64,000 nt of DNA from positions 124,001 to 188,000 of the forward strand of contig OZ059896.1 of assembly GCA_964057225.1 (NCBI GenBank), in the 5' to 3' direction. The notes below the pieces were generated by a model. That model did not search any database and was not told the DNA's origin. It worked only from the letters and a program-made list of their open reading frames with translations. This DNA comes from Auanema rhodensis (lineage: Eukaryota > Animalia > Nematoda). The position numbers were made by a program, and so were the translations under genes. Each line of letters begins with the position of its first letter. Positions within the stretch are counted from its first letter, which is position 1. Positions 28,501-43,800 of the stretch are shown here, piece after piece.

Positions 28501-31500
28501 TTTTTAGACTAATATGGACATGGGGAATCTAATTTTGAAAACCGCATCTCTTCATCTTTCACGTGAAGCGAGTTACATACCAAGTGCACATCACGTGTAC
28601 ATTTAATTAGCATAAATTAAAGTTCACGTAAATTTCAAAGTCATGGTTACCATGCACCAATATCAATAAAAATTTGTTTTTAGACTAATATGGACATGGG
28701 GAATCTAATTTTGAAAACCGCATCTCTTCATCTTTCACGTGAAGCGAGTTACATACCAAGTGCACATCACGTGTACATTTAATTAGCATAAATTAAAGTT
28801 CACGTAAATTTCAAAGTCATGGTTACCATGCACCAATATCAATAAAAATTTGTTTTTAGACTAATATGGACATGGGGAATCTAATTTTGAAAACCGCATC
28901 TCTTTATCTTTCACGTGAAGCGAGTTACATACCAAGTGCACATCACGTGTACATTTAATTAGCATAAATTAAAGTTCACGTAAATTTCAAAGTCATGGTT
29001 ACCATGCACCAATGTCAATAAAAATTTGTTTTTAGACTAATATAGACATGGGGAATCTAATTTTGAAAACCGCATCTCTTCATCTTTCACGTGAAGCGAG
29101 TTACATACCAAGTGCACATCACGTGTACATTTAATTAGCATAAATTAAAGTTCACGTAAATTTCAAAGTCATGGTTACCATGCACCAATATCAATAAAAA
29201 TTTGTTTTTAGACTAATATGGACATGGGGAATCTAATTTTGAAAACCGCATCTCTTTATCTTTCACGTGAAGCGAGTTACATACCAAGTGCACATCACGT
29301 GTACATTTAATTAGCATAAATTAAAGTTCACGTAAATTTCAAAGTCATGGTTACCATAAACCAATATCAATAAAAATTTGTTTTTAGACTAATATGGACA
29401 TGGGGAGTCTAATTTTGAAAACCGCATCTCTTTATCTTTCACGTGAAGCGAGTTACATACCAAGTGCACATCACGTGTACATTTAATTAGCATAAATTAA
29501 AGTTCACGTAACTTTCAAAGTCATGGTTACCATGCACCAATATCAATAAAAATTTGTTTTTAGACTAATATGGACATGGGGAATCTAATTTTGTAAACCG
29601 CATCTCTTTATCTTTCACGTGAAGCGAGTTACATACCAAGTGCACATCACGTGTACATTTAATTAGCATAAATTAAAGTTCACGTAAATTTCAAAGTCAT
29701 GGTTACCATAAACCAATATCAATAAAAATTTGTTTTTAGACTAATATGGACATGGGGAGTCTAATTTTGAAAACCGCATCTCTTTATCTTTCACGTGAAG
29801 CGAGTTACATACCAAGTGCACATCACGTGTACATTTAATTAGCATAAATTAAAGTTCACGTAACTTTCAAAGTCATGGTTACCATGCACCAATATCAATA
29901 AAAATTTGTTTTTAGACTAATATGGACATGGGGAATCTAATTTTGAAAACCGCATCTTTTCATCTTTCACGTGAAGCGAGTTACATACCAAGTGCACATC
30001 ACGTGTACATTTAATTAGCATAAATTAAAGTTCACGTAAATTTCAAAGTCATGGTTACCATGCACCAATATCAATAAAAATTTGTTTTTAGACTAATATG
30101 GACATGGGGAATCTAATTTTGAAAACCGCATCTCTTTATCTTTCACGTGAAGCGAGTTACATACCAAGTGCACATCACGTGTACATTTAATTAGCATAAA
30201 TTAAAGTTCACGTAAATTTCAAAGTCATGGTTACCATGCACCAATATCAATAAAAATTTGTTTTTAGACTAATTTGGACATGGGGAATCTAATTTTGAAA
30301 ACCGCATCTCTTTATCTTTCACGTGAAGCGAGTTACATACCAAGTGCACATCACGTGTACATTTAATTAGCATAAATTAAAGTTCACGTAAATTTCAAAG
30401 TCATGGTTACCATAAACCAATATCAATAAAAATTTGTTTTTAGACTAATATGGACATGGGGAATCTAATTTTGAAAACCGCATCTCTTTATCTTTCACGT
30501 GAAGATTGTAAATTGTACATTTAATTAGCATAAATTAAAGTTCACGTAACTTTCAAAGTCATGGTTACCATGCACCAATATCAATAAAAATTTGTTTTTA
30601 GACTAATATGGACATGGGGAATCTAATTTTGTAAACCGCATCTCTTTATCTTTCACGTGAAGCGAGTTACATACCAAGTGCACATCACGTGTACATTTAA
30701 TTAGCATAAATTAAAGTTCACGTAAATTTCAAAGTCATGGTTACCATGAACCAATATCAATAAAAATTTGTTTTTAGACTAATATGGACATGGGGAATCT
30801 AATTTTGAGAACCGCATCTCTTTATCTTTCACGTGAAGCGAGTTACATACCAAGTGCACATCACGTGTACATTTAATTAGCATAAATTAAAGTTCACGTA
30901 AATTTCAAAGTCATGGTTACCATGCACCAATATCAATAAAAATTTGTTTTTAGACTAATATGGACATGGGGAATCTAATTTTGAAAACCGCATCTCTTTA
31001 TCTTTCACGTGAAGCGAGTTACATACCAAGTGCACATCACGTGTACATTTAATTAGCATAAATTAAAGTTCACGTAAATTTCAAAGTCATGGTTACCATA
31101 AACCAATATCAATAAAAATTTGTTTTTAGACTAATATGGACATGGGGAGTCTAATTTTGAAAACCGCATCTCTTTATCTTTCACGTGAAGCGAGTTACAT
31201 ACCAAGTGCACATCACGTGTACATTTAATTAGCATAAATTAAAGTTCACGTAACTTTCAAAGTCATGGTTACCATGCACCAATATCAATAAAAATTTGTT
31301 TTTAGACTAATATGGACATGGGGAATCTAATTTTGAAAACCGCATCTCTTCATCTTTCACGTGAAGCGAGTTACATACCAAGTGCACATCACGTGTACAT
31401 TTAATTAGCATAAATTAAAGTTCACGTAAATTTCAAAGTCATGGTTACCATGCACCAATATCAATAAAAATTTGTTTTTAGACTAATATGGACATGGGGA

Positions 31501-31950
31501 ATCTAATTTTGAAAACCGCATCTCTTTATCTTTCACGTGAAGCGAGTTACATACCAAGTGCACATCACGTGTACATTTAATTAGCATAAATTAAAGTTCA
31601 CGTAAATTTCAAAGTCATGGTTACCATGCACCAATATCAATAAAAATTTGTTTTTAGACTAATATGGACATGGGGAATCTAATTTTGAAAACCGCATCTC
31701 TTCATCTTTCACGTGAAGCGAGTTACATACCAAGTGCACATCACGTGTACATTTAATTAGCATAAATTAAAGTTCACGTAAATTTCAAAGTCATGGTTAC
31801 CATGCACCAATATCAATAAAAATTTGTTTTTAGACTAATATGGACATGGGGAATCTAATTTTGAAAACCGCATCTCTTTATCTTTCACGTGAAGCGAGTT
31901 ACATACCAAGTGCACATCACGTGTACATTTAATTAGCATAAATTAAAGTT
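7600..31950. repeat. ~12.1-kb tandem segmental duplication inside the satellite (69 and 70 monomers); boundaries approximate to 1-2 monomers
   Basis: Rare variants recur at exactly +12090: 7851/19941, 8511/20601, 9011/21101, 10531/22621, 13329/25419, 14421/26511. After a net gain of one monomer near 29.7 kb the offset becomes +12266 (18008/30274, 18239/30505, 18831/31097). Confidence 0.9.
10531..30514. repeat. Six 158-bp variant monomers (28 nt replaced by ATTGTAAATT) dispersed in this interval
   Basis: Identical junction CACGTGAAG-ATTGTAAATT-GTACATTT at 10531, 13329, 18239, 22621, 25419 and 30505. Confidence 0.97.
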
Positions 31951-34900
31951 CACGTAAATTTCAAAGTCATGGTTACCATGCACCAATATCAATAAAAATT
32001 TGTTTTTAGACTAATATGGACATGGGGAATCTAATTTTGAAAACCGCATCTCTTTATCTTTCACGTGAAGCGAGTTACATACCAAGTGCACATCACGTGT
32101 ACATTTAATTAGCATAAATTAAAGTTCACGTAAATTTCAAAGTCATGGTTACCATGCACCAATATCAATAAAAATTTGTTTTTAGACTAATATGGACATG
32201 GGGAATCTAATTTTGAAAACCGCATCTCTTTATCTCTCACGTGAAGCGAGTTACATACCAAGTGCACATCACGTGTACATTTAATTAGCATAAATTAAAG
32301 TTCACGTAAATTTCAAAGTCATGGTTACCATGCACCAATATCAATAAAAATTTGTTTTTAGACTAATATGGACATGGGGAGTCTAATTTTGAAAACCGCA
32401 TCTCTTTATCTTTCACGTGAAGCGAGTTACATACCAAGTGCACATCACGTGTACATTTAATTAGCATAAATTAAAGTTCACGTAACTTTCAAAGTCATGG
32501 TTACCATGCACCAATATCAATAAAAATTTGTTTTTAGACTAATATGGACATGGGGAATCTAATTTTGAAAACCGCATCTCTTTATCTTTCACGTGAAGCG
32601 AGTTACATACCAAGTGCACATCACGTGTACATTTAATTAGCATAAATTAAAGTTCACGTAAATTTCAAAGTCATGGTTACCATGAACCAATATCAATAAA
32701 AATTTGTTTTTAGACTAATATGGACATGGGGAATCTAATTTTGAAAACCGCATCTCTTTATCTTTCACGTGAAGCGAGTTACATACCAAGTGCACATCAC
32801 GTGTACATTTAATTAGCATAAATTAAAGTTCACGTAAATTTCAAAGTCATGGTTACCATGAACCAATATCAATAAAAATTTGTTTTTAGACTAATATGGA
32901 CATGGGGAATCTAATTTTGAAAACCGCATCTCTTTATCTTTCACGTGAAGCGAGTTACATACCAAGTGCACATCACGTGTACATTTAATTAGCATAAATT
33001 AAAGTTCACGTAAATTTCAAAGTCATGGTTACCATGCACCAATATCAATAAAAATTTGTTTTTAGACTAATATGGACATGGGGAATCTAATTTTGAAAAC
33101 CGCATCTCTTTATCTTTCACGTGAAGCGAGTTACATACCAAGTGCACATCACGTGTACATTTAATTAGCATAAATTAAAGTTCACGTAAATTTCAAAGTC
33201 ATGGTTACCATGCACCAATATCAATAAAAATTTGTTTTTAGACTAATATGGACATGGGGAATCTAATTTTGAAAACCGCATCTCTTTATCTCTCACGTGA
33301 AGCGAGTTACATACCAAGTGCACATCACGTGTACATTTAATTAGCATAAATTAAAGTTCACGTAAATTTCAAAGTCATGGTTACCATGCACCAATATCAA
33401 TAAAAATTTGTTTTTAGACTAATATGGACATGGGGAGTCTAATTTTGAAAACCGCATCTCTTTATCTTTCACGTGAAGCGAGTTACATACCAAGTGCACA
33501 TCACGTGTACATTTAATTAGCATAAATTAAAGTTCACGTAACTTTCAAAGTCATGGTTACCATGCACCAATATCAATAAAAATTTGTTTTTAGACTAATA
33601 TGGACATGGGGAATCTAATTTTGAAAACCGCATCTCTTTATCTCTCACGTGAAGCGAGTTACATACCAAGTGCACATCACGTGTACATTTAATTAGCATA
33701 AATTAAAGTTCACGTAAATTTCAAAGTCATGGTTACCATGCACCAATATCAATAAAAATTTGTTTTTAGACTAATATGGACATGGGGAATCTAATTTTGA
33801 AAACCGCATCTCGTTATCTTTCACGTGAAGCGAGTTACATACCAAGTGCACATCACGTGTACATTTAATTAGCATAAATTAAAGTTCACGTAAATTTCAA
33901 AGTCATGGTTACCATGCACCAATATCAATAAAAATTTGTTTTTAGACTAATATGGACATGGGGAATCTAATTTTGAAAACCGCATCTCTTTATCTTTCAC
34001 GTGAAGCGAGTTACATACCAAGTGCACATCACGTGTACATTTAATTAGCATAAATTAAAGTTCACGTAAATTTCAAAGTCATGGTTACCATGAACCAATA
34101 TCAATAAAAATTTGTTTTTAGACTAATATGGACATGGGGAATCTAATTTTGAAAACCGCATCTCTTTATCTTTCACGTGAAGCGAGTTACATACCAAGTG
34201 CACATCACGTGTACATTTAATTAGCATAAATTAAAGTTCACGTAAATTTCAAAGTCATGGTTACCATGCACCAATATCAATAAAAATTTGTTTTTAGACT
34301 AATATGGACATGGGGAATCTAATTTTGAAAACCGCATCTCTTTATCTCTCACGTGAAGCGAGTTACATACCAAGTGCACATCACGTGTACATTTAATTAG
34401 CATAAATTAAAGTTCACGTAAATTTCAAAGTCATGGTTACCATGAACCAATATCAATAAAAATTTGTTTTTAGACTAATATGGACATGGGGAATCTAATT
34501 TTGAAAACCGCATCTCTTTATCTTTCACGTGAAGCGAGTTACATACCAAGTGCACATCACGTGTACATTTAATTAGCATAAATTAAAGTTCACGTAAATT
34601 TCAAAGTCATGGTTACCATGCACCAATATCAATAAAAATTTGTTTTTAGACTAATATGGACATGGGGAATCTAATTTTGAAAACCGCATCTCTTTATCTT
34701 TCACGTGAAGCGAGTTACATACCAAGTGCACATCACGTGTACATTTAATTAGCATAAATTAAAGTTCACGTAAATTTCAAAGTCATGGTTACCATGAACC
34801 AATATCAATAAAAATTTGTTTTTAGACTAATATGGACATGGGGAATCTAATTTTGAAAACCGCATCTCTTTATCTTTCACGTGAAGCGAGTTACATACCA

Positions 34901-37899
34901 AGTGCACATCACGTGTACATTTAATTAGCATAAATTAAAGTTCACGTAAATTTCAAAGTCATGGTTACCATGCACCAATATCAATAAAAATTTGTTTTTA
35001 GACTAATATGGACATGGGGAATCTAATTTTGAAAACCGCATCTCTTTATCTCTCACGTGAAGCGAGTTACATACCAAGTGCACATCACGTGTACATTTAA
35101 TTAGCATAAATTAAAGTTCACGTAAATTTCAAAGTCATGGTTACCATGCACCAATATCAATAAAAATTTGTTTTTAGACTAATATGGACATGGGGAGTCT
35201 AATTTTGAAAACCGCATCTCTTTATCTTTCACGTGAAGCGAGTTACATACCAAGTGCACATCACGTGTACATTTAATTAGCATAAATTAAAGTTCACGTA
35301 ACTTTCAAAGTCATGGTTACCATGCACCAATATCAATAAAAATTTGTTTTTAGACTAATATGGACATGGGGAATCTAATTTTGAAAACCGCATCTCTTTA
35401 TCTCTCACGTGAAGCGAGTTACATACCAAGTGCACATCACGTGTACATTTAATTAGCATAAATTAAAGTTCACGTAAATTTCAAAGTCATGGTTACCATG
35501 CACCAATATCAATAAAAATTTGTTTTTAGACTAATATGGACATGGGGAATCTAATTTTGAAAACCGCATCTCGTTATCTTTCACGTGAAGCGAGTTACAT
35601 ACCAAGTGCACATCACGTGTACATTTAATTAGCATAAATTAAAGTTCACGTAAATTTCAAAGTCATGGTTACCATGCACCAATATCAATAAAAATTTGTT
35701 TTTAGACTAATATGGACATGGGGAATCTAATTTTGAAAACCGCATCTCTTTATCTTTCACGTGAAGCGAGTTACATACCAAGTGCACATCACGTGTACAT
35801 TTAATTAGCATAAATTAAAGTTCACGTAAATTTCAAAGTCATGGTTACCATGAACCAATATCAATAAAAATTTGTTTTTAGACTAATATGGACATGGGGA
35901 ATCTAATTTTGAAAACCGCATCTCTTTATCTTTCACGTGAAGCGAGTTACATACCAAGTGCACATCACGTGTACATTTAATTAGCATAAATTAAAGTTCA
36001 CGTAAATTTCAAAGTCATGGTTACCATGAACCAATATCAATAAAAATTTGTTTTTAGACTAATATGGACATGGGGAATCTAATTTTGAAAACCGCATCTC
36101 TTTATCTTTCACGTGAAGCGAGTTACATACCAAGTGCCCATCACGTGTACATTTAATTAGCATAAATTAAAGTTCACGTAAATTTCAAAGTCATGGTTAC
36201 CATGCACCAATATCAATAAAAATTTGTTTTTAGACTAATATGGACATGGGGAATCTAATTTTGAAAACCGCATCTCCTCATCTTTCACGTGAAGCGAGTT
36301 ACATACGAAGTGCACATCACGTGTACATTTAATTAGCATAAATTAAAGTTCACGTAAATTTCAAAGTCATGGTTACCATGCACCAATATCAATAAAAATT
36401 TGTTTTTAGACTAATATGGACATGGGGAATCTAATTTTGAAAACCGCATCTCTTCATCTTTCACGTGAAGCGAGTTACATACCAAGTGCACATCACGTGT
36501 ACATTTAATTAGCATAAATTAAAGTTCACGTAAATTTCAAAGTCATGGTTACCATGCACCAATATCAATAAAAATTTGTTTTTAGACTAATATGGACATG
36601 GGGAATCTAATTTTGAAAACCGCATCTTTTTATCTTTCACGTGAAGCGAGTTACATACCAAGTGCACATCACGTGTACATTTAATTAGCATAAATTAAAG
36701 TTCACGTAAATTTCAAAGTCATGGTTACCATGCACCAATGTCAATAAAAATTTGTTTTTAGACTAATATGGACATGGGGAATCTAATTTTGAAAACCGCA
36801 TCTCTTCATCTTTCACGTGAAGCGAGTTACATACCAAGTGCACATCACGTGTACATTTAATTAGCATAAATTAAAGTTCACGTAAATTTCAAAGTCATGG
36901 TTACCATGCACCAATATCAATAAAAATTTGTTTTTAGACTAATATGGACATGGGGAATCTAATTTTGAAAACCGCATCTCTTCATCTTTTACGTGAAGCG
37001 AGTTACATACCAAGTGCACATCACGTGTACATTTAATTAGCATAAATTAAAGTTCACGTAAATTTCAAAGTCATGGTTACCATGCACCAATATCAATAAA
37101 AATTTGTTTTTAGACTAATATGGACATGGGGAATCTAATTTTGAAAACCGCATCTCGTTATCTTTCACGTGAAGCGAGTTACATACCAAGTGCACATCAC
37201 GTGTACATTTAATTAGCATAAATTAAAGTTCACGTAAATTTCAAAGTCATGGTTACCATGCACCAATGTCAATAAAAATTTGTTTTTAGACTAATATGGA
37301 CATGGGGAATCTAATTTTGAAAACCGCATCCCTTCATCTTTCACGTGAAGCGAGTTACATACCAAGTGCACATCACGTGTACATTTAATTAGCATAAATT
37401 AAAGTTCACGTAAATTTCAAAGTCATGGTTACCATGCACCAATATCAATAAAAATTTGTTTTTAGACTAATATGGACATGGGGAATCTAATTTTGAAAAC
37501 CGCATCTCTTCATCTTTCACGTGAAGCGAGTTACATACCAAGTGCACATCACGTGTACATTTAATTAGCATAAATTAAAGTTCACGTAAATTTCAAAGTC
37601 ATGGTTACCATGCACCAATATCAATAAAAATTTGTTTTTAGACTAATATGGACATGGGGAATCTAATTTTGAAAACCGCATCTCTTTATCTTTCACGTGA
37701 AGCGAGTTACATACCAAGTGCACATCACGTGTACATTTAATTAGCATAAATTAAAGTTCACGTAAATTTCAAAGTCATGGTTACCATGCACCAATATCAA
37801 TAAAAATTTGTTTTTAGACTAATATGGACATGGGGAATCTAATTTTGAAAACCGCATCTCTTCATCTTTCACGTGAAGCGAGTTACATACCAAGTGCAC

Positions 37900-40800
37900 A
37901 TCACGTGTACATTTAATTAGCATAAATTAAAGTTCACGTAAATTTCAAAGTCATGGTTACCATGAACCAATATCAATAAAAATTTGTTTTTAGACTAATA
38001 TGGACATGGGGAATCTAATTTTGAAAACCGCATCTCTTTATCTTTCACGTGAAGCGAGTTACATACCAAGTGTACATCACGTGTACATTTAATTAGCATA
38101 AATTAAAGTTCACGTAAATTTCAAAGTCATGGTTACCATGAACCAATATCAATAAAAATTTGTTTTTAGACTAATATGGACATGGGGAATCTAATTTTGA
38201 AAACCGCATCTCTTTATCTTTCACGTGAAGCGAGTTACATACCAAGTGCACATCACGTTTACATTTAATTAGCATAAATTAAAGTTCACGTAAATTTCAA
38301 AGTCATGGTTACCATGCACCAATGTCAATAAAAATTTGTTTTTAGACTAATATGGACATGGGGAATCTAATTTTGAAAACCGCATCTCTTCATCTTTCAC
38401 GTGAAGCGAGTTACATACCAAGTGCACATCACGTGTACATTTAATTAGCATAAATTAAAGTTCACGTAAATTTCAAAGTCATGGTTACCATGCACCAATA
38501 TCAATAAAAATTTGTTTTTAGACTAATATGGACATGGGGAATCTAATTTTGAAAACCGCATCTCTTCATCTTTCACGTGAAGCGAGTTACATACCAAGTG
38601 CACATCACGTGTACATTTAATTAGCATAAATTAAAGTTCACGTAAATTTCAAAGTCATGGTTACCATGCACCAATATCAATAAAAATTTGTTTTTAGACT
38701 AATATGGACATGGGGAATCTAATTTTGAAAACCGCATCTCTTTATCTTTCACGTGAAGCGAGTTACATACCAAGTGCACATCACGTGTACATTTAATTAG
38801 CATAAATTAAAGTTCACGTAAATTTCAAAGTCATGGTTACCATGCACCAATGTCAATAAAAATTTGTTTTTAGACTAATATGGACATGGGGAATCTAATT
38901 TTGAAAACCGCATCTCTTCATCTTTCACGTGAAGCGAGTTACATACCAAGTGCACATCACGTGTACATTTAATTAGCATAAATTAAAGTTCACGTAAATT
39001 TCAAAGTCATGGTTACCATGCACCAATGTCAATAAAAATTTGTTTTTAGACTAATATGGACATGGGGAATCTAATTTTGAAAACCGCATCTCTTCATCTT
39101 TCACGTGAAGCGAGTTACATACCAAGTGCACATCACGTGTACATTTAATTAGCATAAATTAAAGTTCACGTAAATTTCAAAGTCATGGTTACCATGCACC
39201 AATATCAATAAAAATTTGTTTTTAGACTAATATGGACATGGGGAATCTAATTTTGAAAACCGCATCTCTTCATCTTTCACGTGAAGCGAGTTACATACCA
39301 AGTGCACATCACGTGTACATTTAATTAGCATAAATTAAAGTTCACGTAAATTTCAAAGTCATGGTTACCATGAACCAATATCAATAAAAATTTGTTTTTA
39401 GACTAATATGGACATGGGGAATCTAATTTTGAAAACCGCATCTCTTTATCTTTCACGTGAAGCGAGTTACATACCAAGTGCCCATCACGTGTACATTTAA
39501 TTAGCATAAATTAAAGTTCACGTAAATTTCAAAGTCATGGTTACCATGCACCAATATCAATAAAAATTTGTTTTTAGACTAATATGGACATGGGGAATCT
39601 AATTTTGAAAACCGCATCTCTTCATCTTTCACGTGAAGCGAGTTACATACCAAGTGCACATCACGTGTACATTTAATTAGCATAAATTAAAGTTCACGTA
39701 AATTTCAAAGTCATGGTTACCATGAACCAATATCAATAAAAATTTGTTTTTAGACTAATATGGACATGGGGAATCTAATTTTGAAAACCGCATCTCCTTA
39801 TCTTTCACGTGAAGCGAGTTACATACCAAGTGCACATCACGTGTACATTTAATTAGCATAAATTAAAGTTCACGTAAATTTCAAAGTCATGGTTACCATG
39901 CACCAATGTCAATAAAAATTTGTTTTTAGACTAATATGGACATGGGGAATCTAATTTTGAAAACCGCATCTCTTTATCTTTCACGTGAAGCGAGTTACAT
40001 ACCAAGTGCCCATCACGTGTACATTTAATTAGCATAAATTAAAGTTCACGTAAATTTCAAAGTCATGGTTACCATGCACCAATATCAATAAAAATTTGTT
40101 TTTAGACTAATATGGACATGGGGAATCTAATTTTGAAAACCGCATCTCTTTATCTTTCACGTGAAGCGAGTTACATACCAAGTGCACATCACGTGTACAT
40201 TTATTTAGCATAAATTAAAGTTCACGTAAATTTCAAAGTCATGGTTACCATGCACCAATGTCAATAAAAATTTGTTTTTAGACTAATATGGACATGGGGA
40301 ATCTAATTTTGAAAACCGCATCTCTTCATCTTTCACGTGAAGCGAGTTACATACCAAGTGCACATCACGTGTACATTTAATTAGCATAAATTAAAGTTCA
40401 CGTAAATTTCAAAGTCATGGTTACCATGCACCAATATCAATAAAAATTTGTTTTTAGACTAATATGGACATGGGGAATCTAATTTTGAAAACCGCATCTC
40501 TTCATCTTTCACGTGAAGCGAGTTACATACCAAGTGCACATCACGTGTACATTTAATTAGCATAAATTAAAGTTCACGTAAATTTCAAAGTCATGGTTAC
40601 CATGCACCAATATCAATAAAAATTTGTTTTTAGACTAATATGGACATGGGGAATCTAATTTTGAAAACCGCATCTCTTTATCTTTCACGTGAAGCGAGTT
40701 ACATACCAAGTGCACATCACGTGTACATTTAATTAGCATAAATTAAAGTTCACGTAAATTTCAAAGTCATGGTTACCATGCACCAATATCAATAAAAATT

Positions 40801-43800
40801 TGTTTTTAGACTAATATGGACATGGGGAATCTAATTTTGAAAACCGCATCTCTTCATCTTTCACGTGAAGCGAGTTACATACCAAGTGCACATCACGTGT
40901 ACATTTAATTAGCATAAATTAAAGTTCACGTAAATTTCAAAGTCATGGTTACCATGAACCAATATCAATAAAAATTTGTTTTTAGACTAATATGGACATG
41001 GGGAATCTAATTTTGAAAACCGCATCTCTTTATCTTTCACGTGAAGCGAGTTACATACCAAGTGTACATCACGTGTACATTTAATTAGCATAAATTAAAG
41101 TTCACGTAAATTTCAAAGTCATGGTTACCATGAACCAATATCAATAAAAATTTGTTTTTAGACTAATATGGACATGGGGAATCTAATTTTGAAAACCGCA
41201 TCTCTTTATCTTTCACGTGAAGCGAGTTACATACCAAGTGCACATCACGTTTACATTTAATTAGCATAAATTAAAGTTCACGTAAATTTCAAAGTCATGG
41301 TTACCATGCACCAATGTCAATAAAAATTTGTTTTTAGACTAATATGGACATGGGGAATCTAATTTTGAAAACCGCATCTCTTCATCTTTCACGTGAAGCG
41401 AGTTACATACCAAGTGCACATCACGTGTACATTTAATTAGCATAAATTAAAGTTCACGTAAATTTCAAAGTCATGGTTACCATGCACCAATATCAATAAA
41501 AATTTGTTTTTAGACTAATATGGACATGGGGAATCTAATTTTGAAAACCGCATCTCTTCATCTTTCACGTGAAGCGAGTTACATACCAAGTGCACATCAC
41601 GTGTACATTTAATTAGCATAAATTAAAGTTCACGTAAATTTCAAAGTCATGGTTACCATGCACCAATATCAATAAAAATTTGTTTTTAGACTAATATGGA
41701 CATGGGGAATCTAATTTTGAAAACCGCATCTCTTTATCTTTCACGTGAAGCGAGTTACATACCAAGTGCACATCACGTGTACATTTAATTAGCATAAATT
41801 AAAGTTCACGTAAATTTCAAAGTCATGGTTACCATGCACCAATGTCAATAAAAATTTGTTTTTAGACTAATATGGACATGGGGAATCTAATTTTGAAAAC
41901 CGCATCTCTTCATCTTTCACGTGAAGCGAGTTACATACCAAGTGCACATCACGTGTACATTTAATTAGCATAAATTAAAGTTCACGTAAATTTCAAAGTC
42001 ATGGTTACCATGCACCAATGTCAATAAAAATTTGTTTTTAGACTAATATGGACATGGGGAATCTAATTTTGAAAACCGCATCTCTTCATCTTTCACGTGA
42101 AGCGAGTTACATACCAAGTGCACATCACGTGTACATTTAATTAGCATAAATTAAAGTTCACGTAAATTTCAAAGTCATGGTTACCATGCACCAATATCAA
42201 TAAAAATTTGTTTTTAGACTAATATGGACATGGGGAATCTAATTTTGAAAACCGCATCTCTTCATCTTTCACGTGAAGCGAGTTACATACCAAGTGCACA
42301 TCACGTGTACATTTAATTAGCATAAATTAAAGTTCACGTAAATTTCAAAGTCATGGTTACCATGAACCAATATCAATAAAAATTTGTTTTTAGACTAATA
42401 TGGACATGGGGAATCTAATTTTGAAAACCGCATCTCTTTATCTTTCACGTGAAGCGAGTTACATACCAAGTGTACATCACGTGTACATTTAATTAGCATA
42501 AATTAAAGTTCACGTAAATTTCAAAGTCATGGTTACCATGAACCAATATCAATAAAAATTTGTTTTTAGACTAATATGGACATGGGGAATCTAATTTTGA
42601 AAACCGCATCTCTTTATCTTTCACGTGAAGCGAGTTACATACCAAGTGCACATCACGTTTACATTTAATTAGCATAAATTAAAGTTCACGTAAATTTCAA
42701 AGTCATGGTTACCATGCACCAATGTCAATAAAAATTTGTTTTTAGACTAATATGGACATGGGGAATCTAATTTTGAAAACCGCATCTCTTCATCTTTCAC
42801 GTGAAGCGAGTTACATACCAAGTGCACATCACGTGTACATTTAATTAGCATAAATTAAAGTTCACGTAAATTTCAAAGTCATGGTTACCATGCACCAATA
42901 TCAATAAAAATTTGTTTTTAGACTAATATGGACATGGGGAATCTAATTTTGAAAACCGCATCTCTTCATCTTTCACGTGAAGCGAGTTACATACCAAGTG
43001 CACATCACGTGTACATTTAATTAGCATAAATTAAAGTTCACGTAAATTTCAAAGTCATGGTTACCATGCACCAATATCAATAAAAATTTGTTTTTAGACT
43101 AATATGGACATGGGGAATCTAATTTTGAAAACCGCATCTCTTTATCTTTCACGTGAAGCGAGTTACATACCAAGTGCACATCACGTGTACATTTAATTAG
43201 CATAAATTAAAGTTCACGTAAATTTCAAAGTCATGGTTACCATGCACCAATGTCAATAAAAATTTGTTTTTAGACTAATATGGACATGGGGAATCTAATT
43301 TTGAAAACCGCATCTCTTCATCTTTCACGTGAAGCGAGTTACATACCAAGTGCACATCACGTGTACATTTAATTAGCATAAATTAAAGTTCACGTAAATT
43401 TCAAAGTCATGGTTACCATGCACCAATGTCAATAAAAATTTGTTTTTAGACTAATATGGACATGGGGAATCTAATTTTGAAAACCGCATCTCTTCATCTT
43501 TCACGTGAAGCGAGTTACATACCAAGTGCACATCACGTGTACATTTAATTAGCATAAATTAAAGTTCACGTAAATTTCAAAGTCATGGTTACCATGCACC
43601 AATATCAATAAAAATTTGTTTTTAGACTAATATGGACATGGGGAATCTAATTTTGAAAACCGCATCTCTTCATCTTTCACGTGAAGCGAGTTACATACCA
43701 AGTGCACATCACGTGTACATTTAATTAGCATAAATTAAAGTTCACGTAAATTTCAAAGTCATGGTTACCATGAACCAATATCAATAAAAATTTGTTTTTA

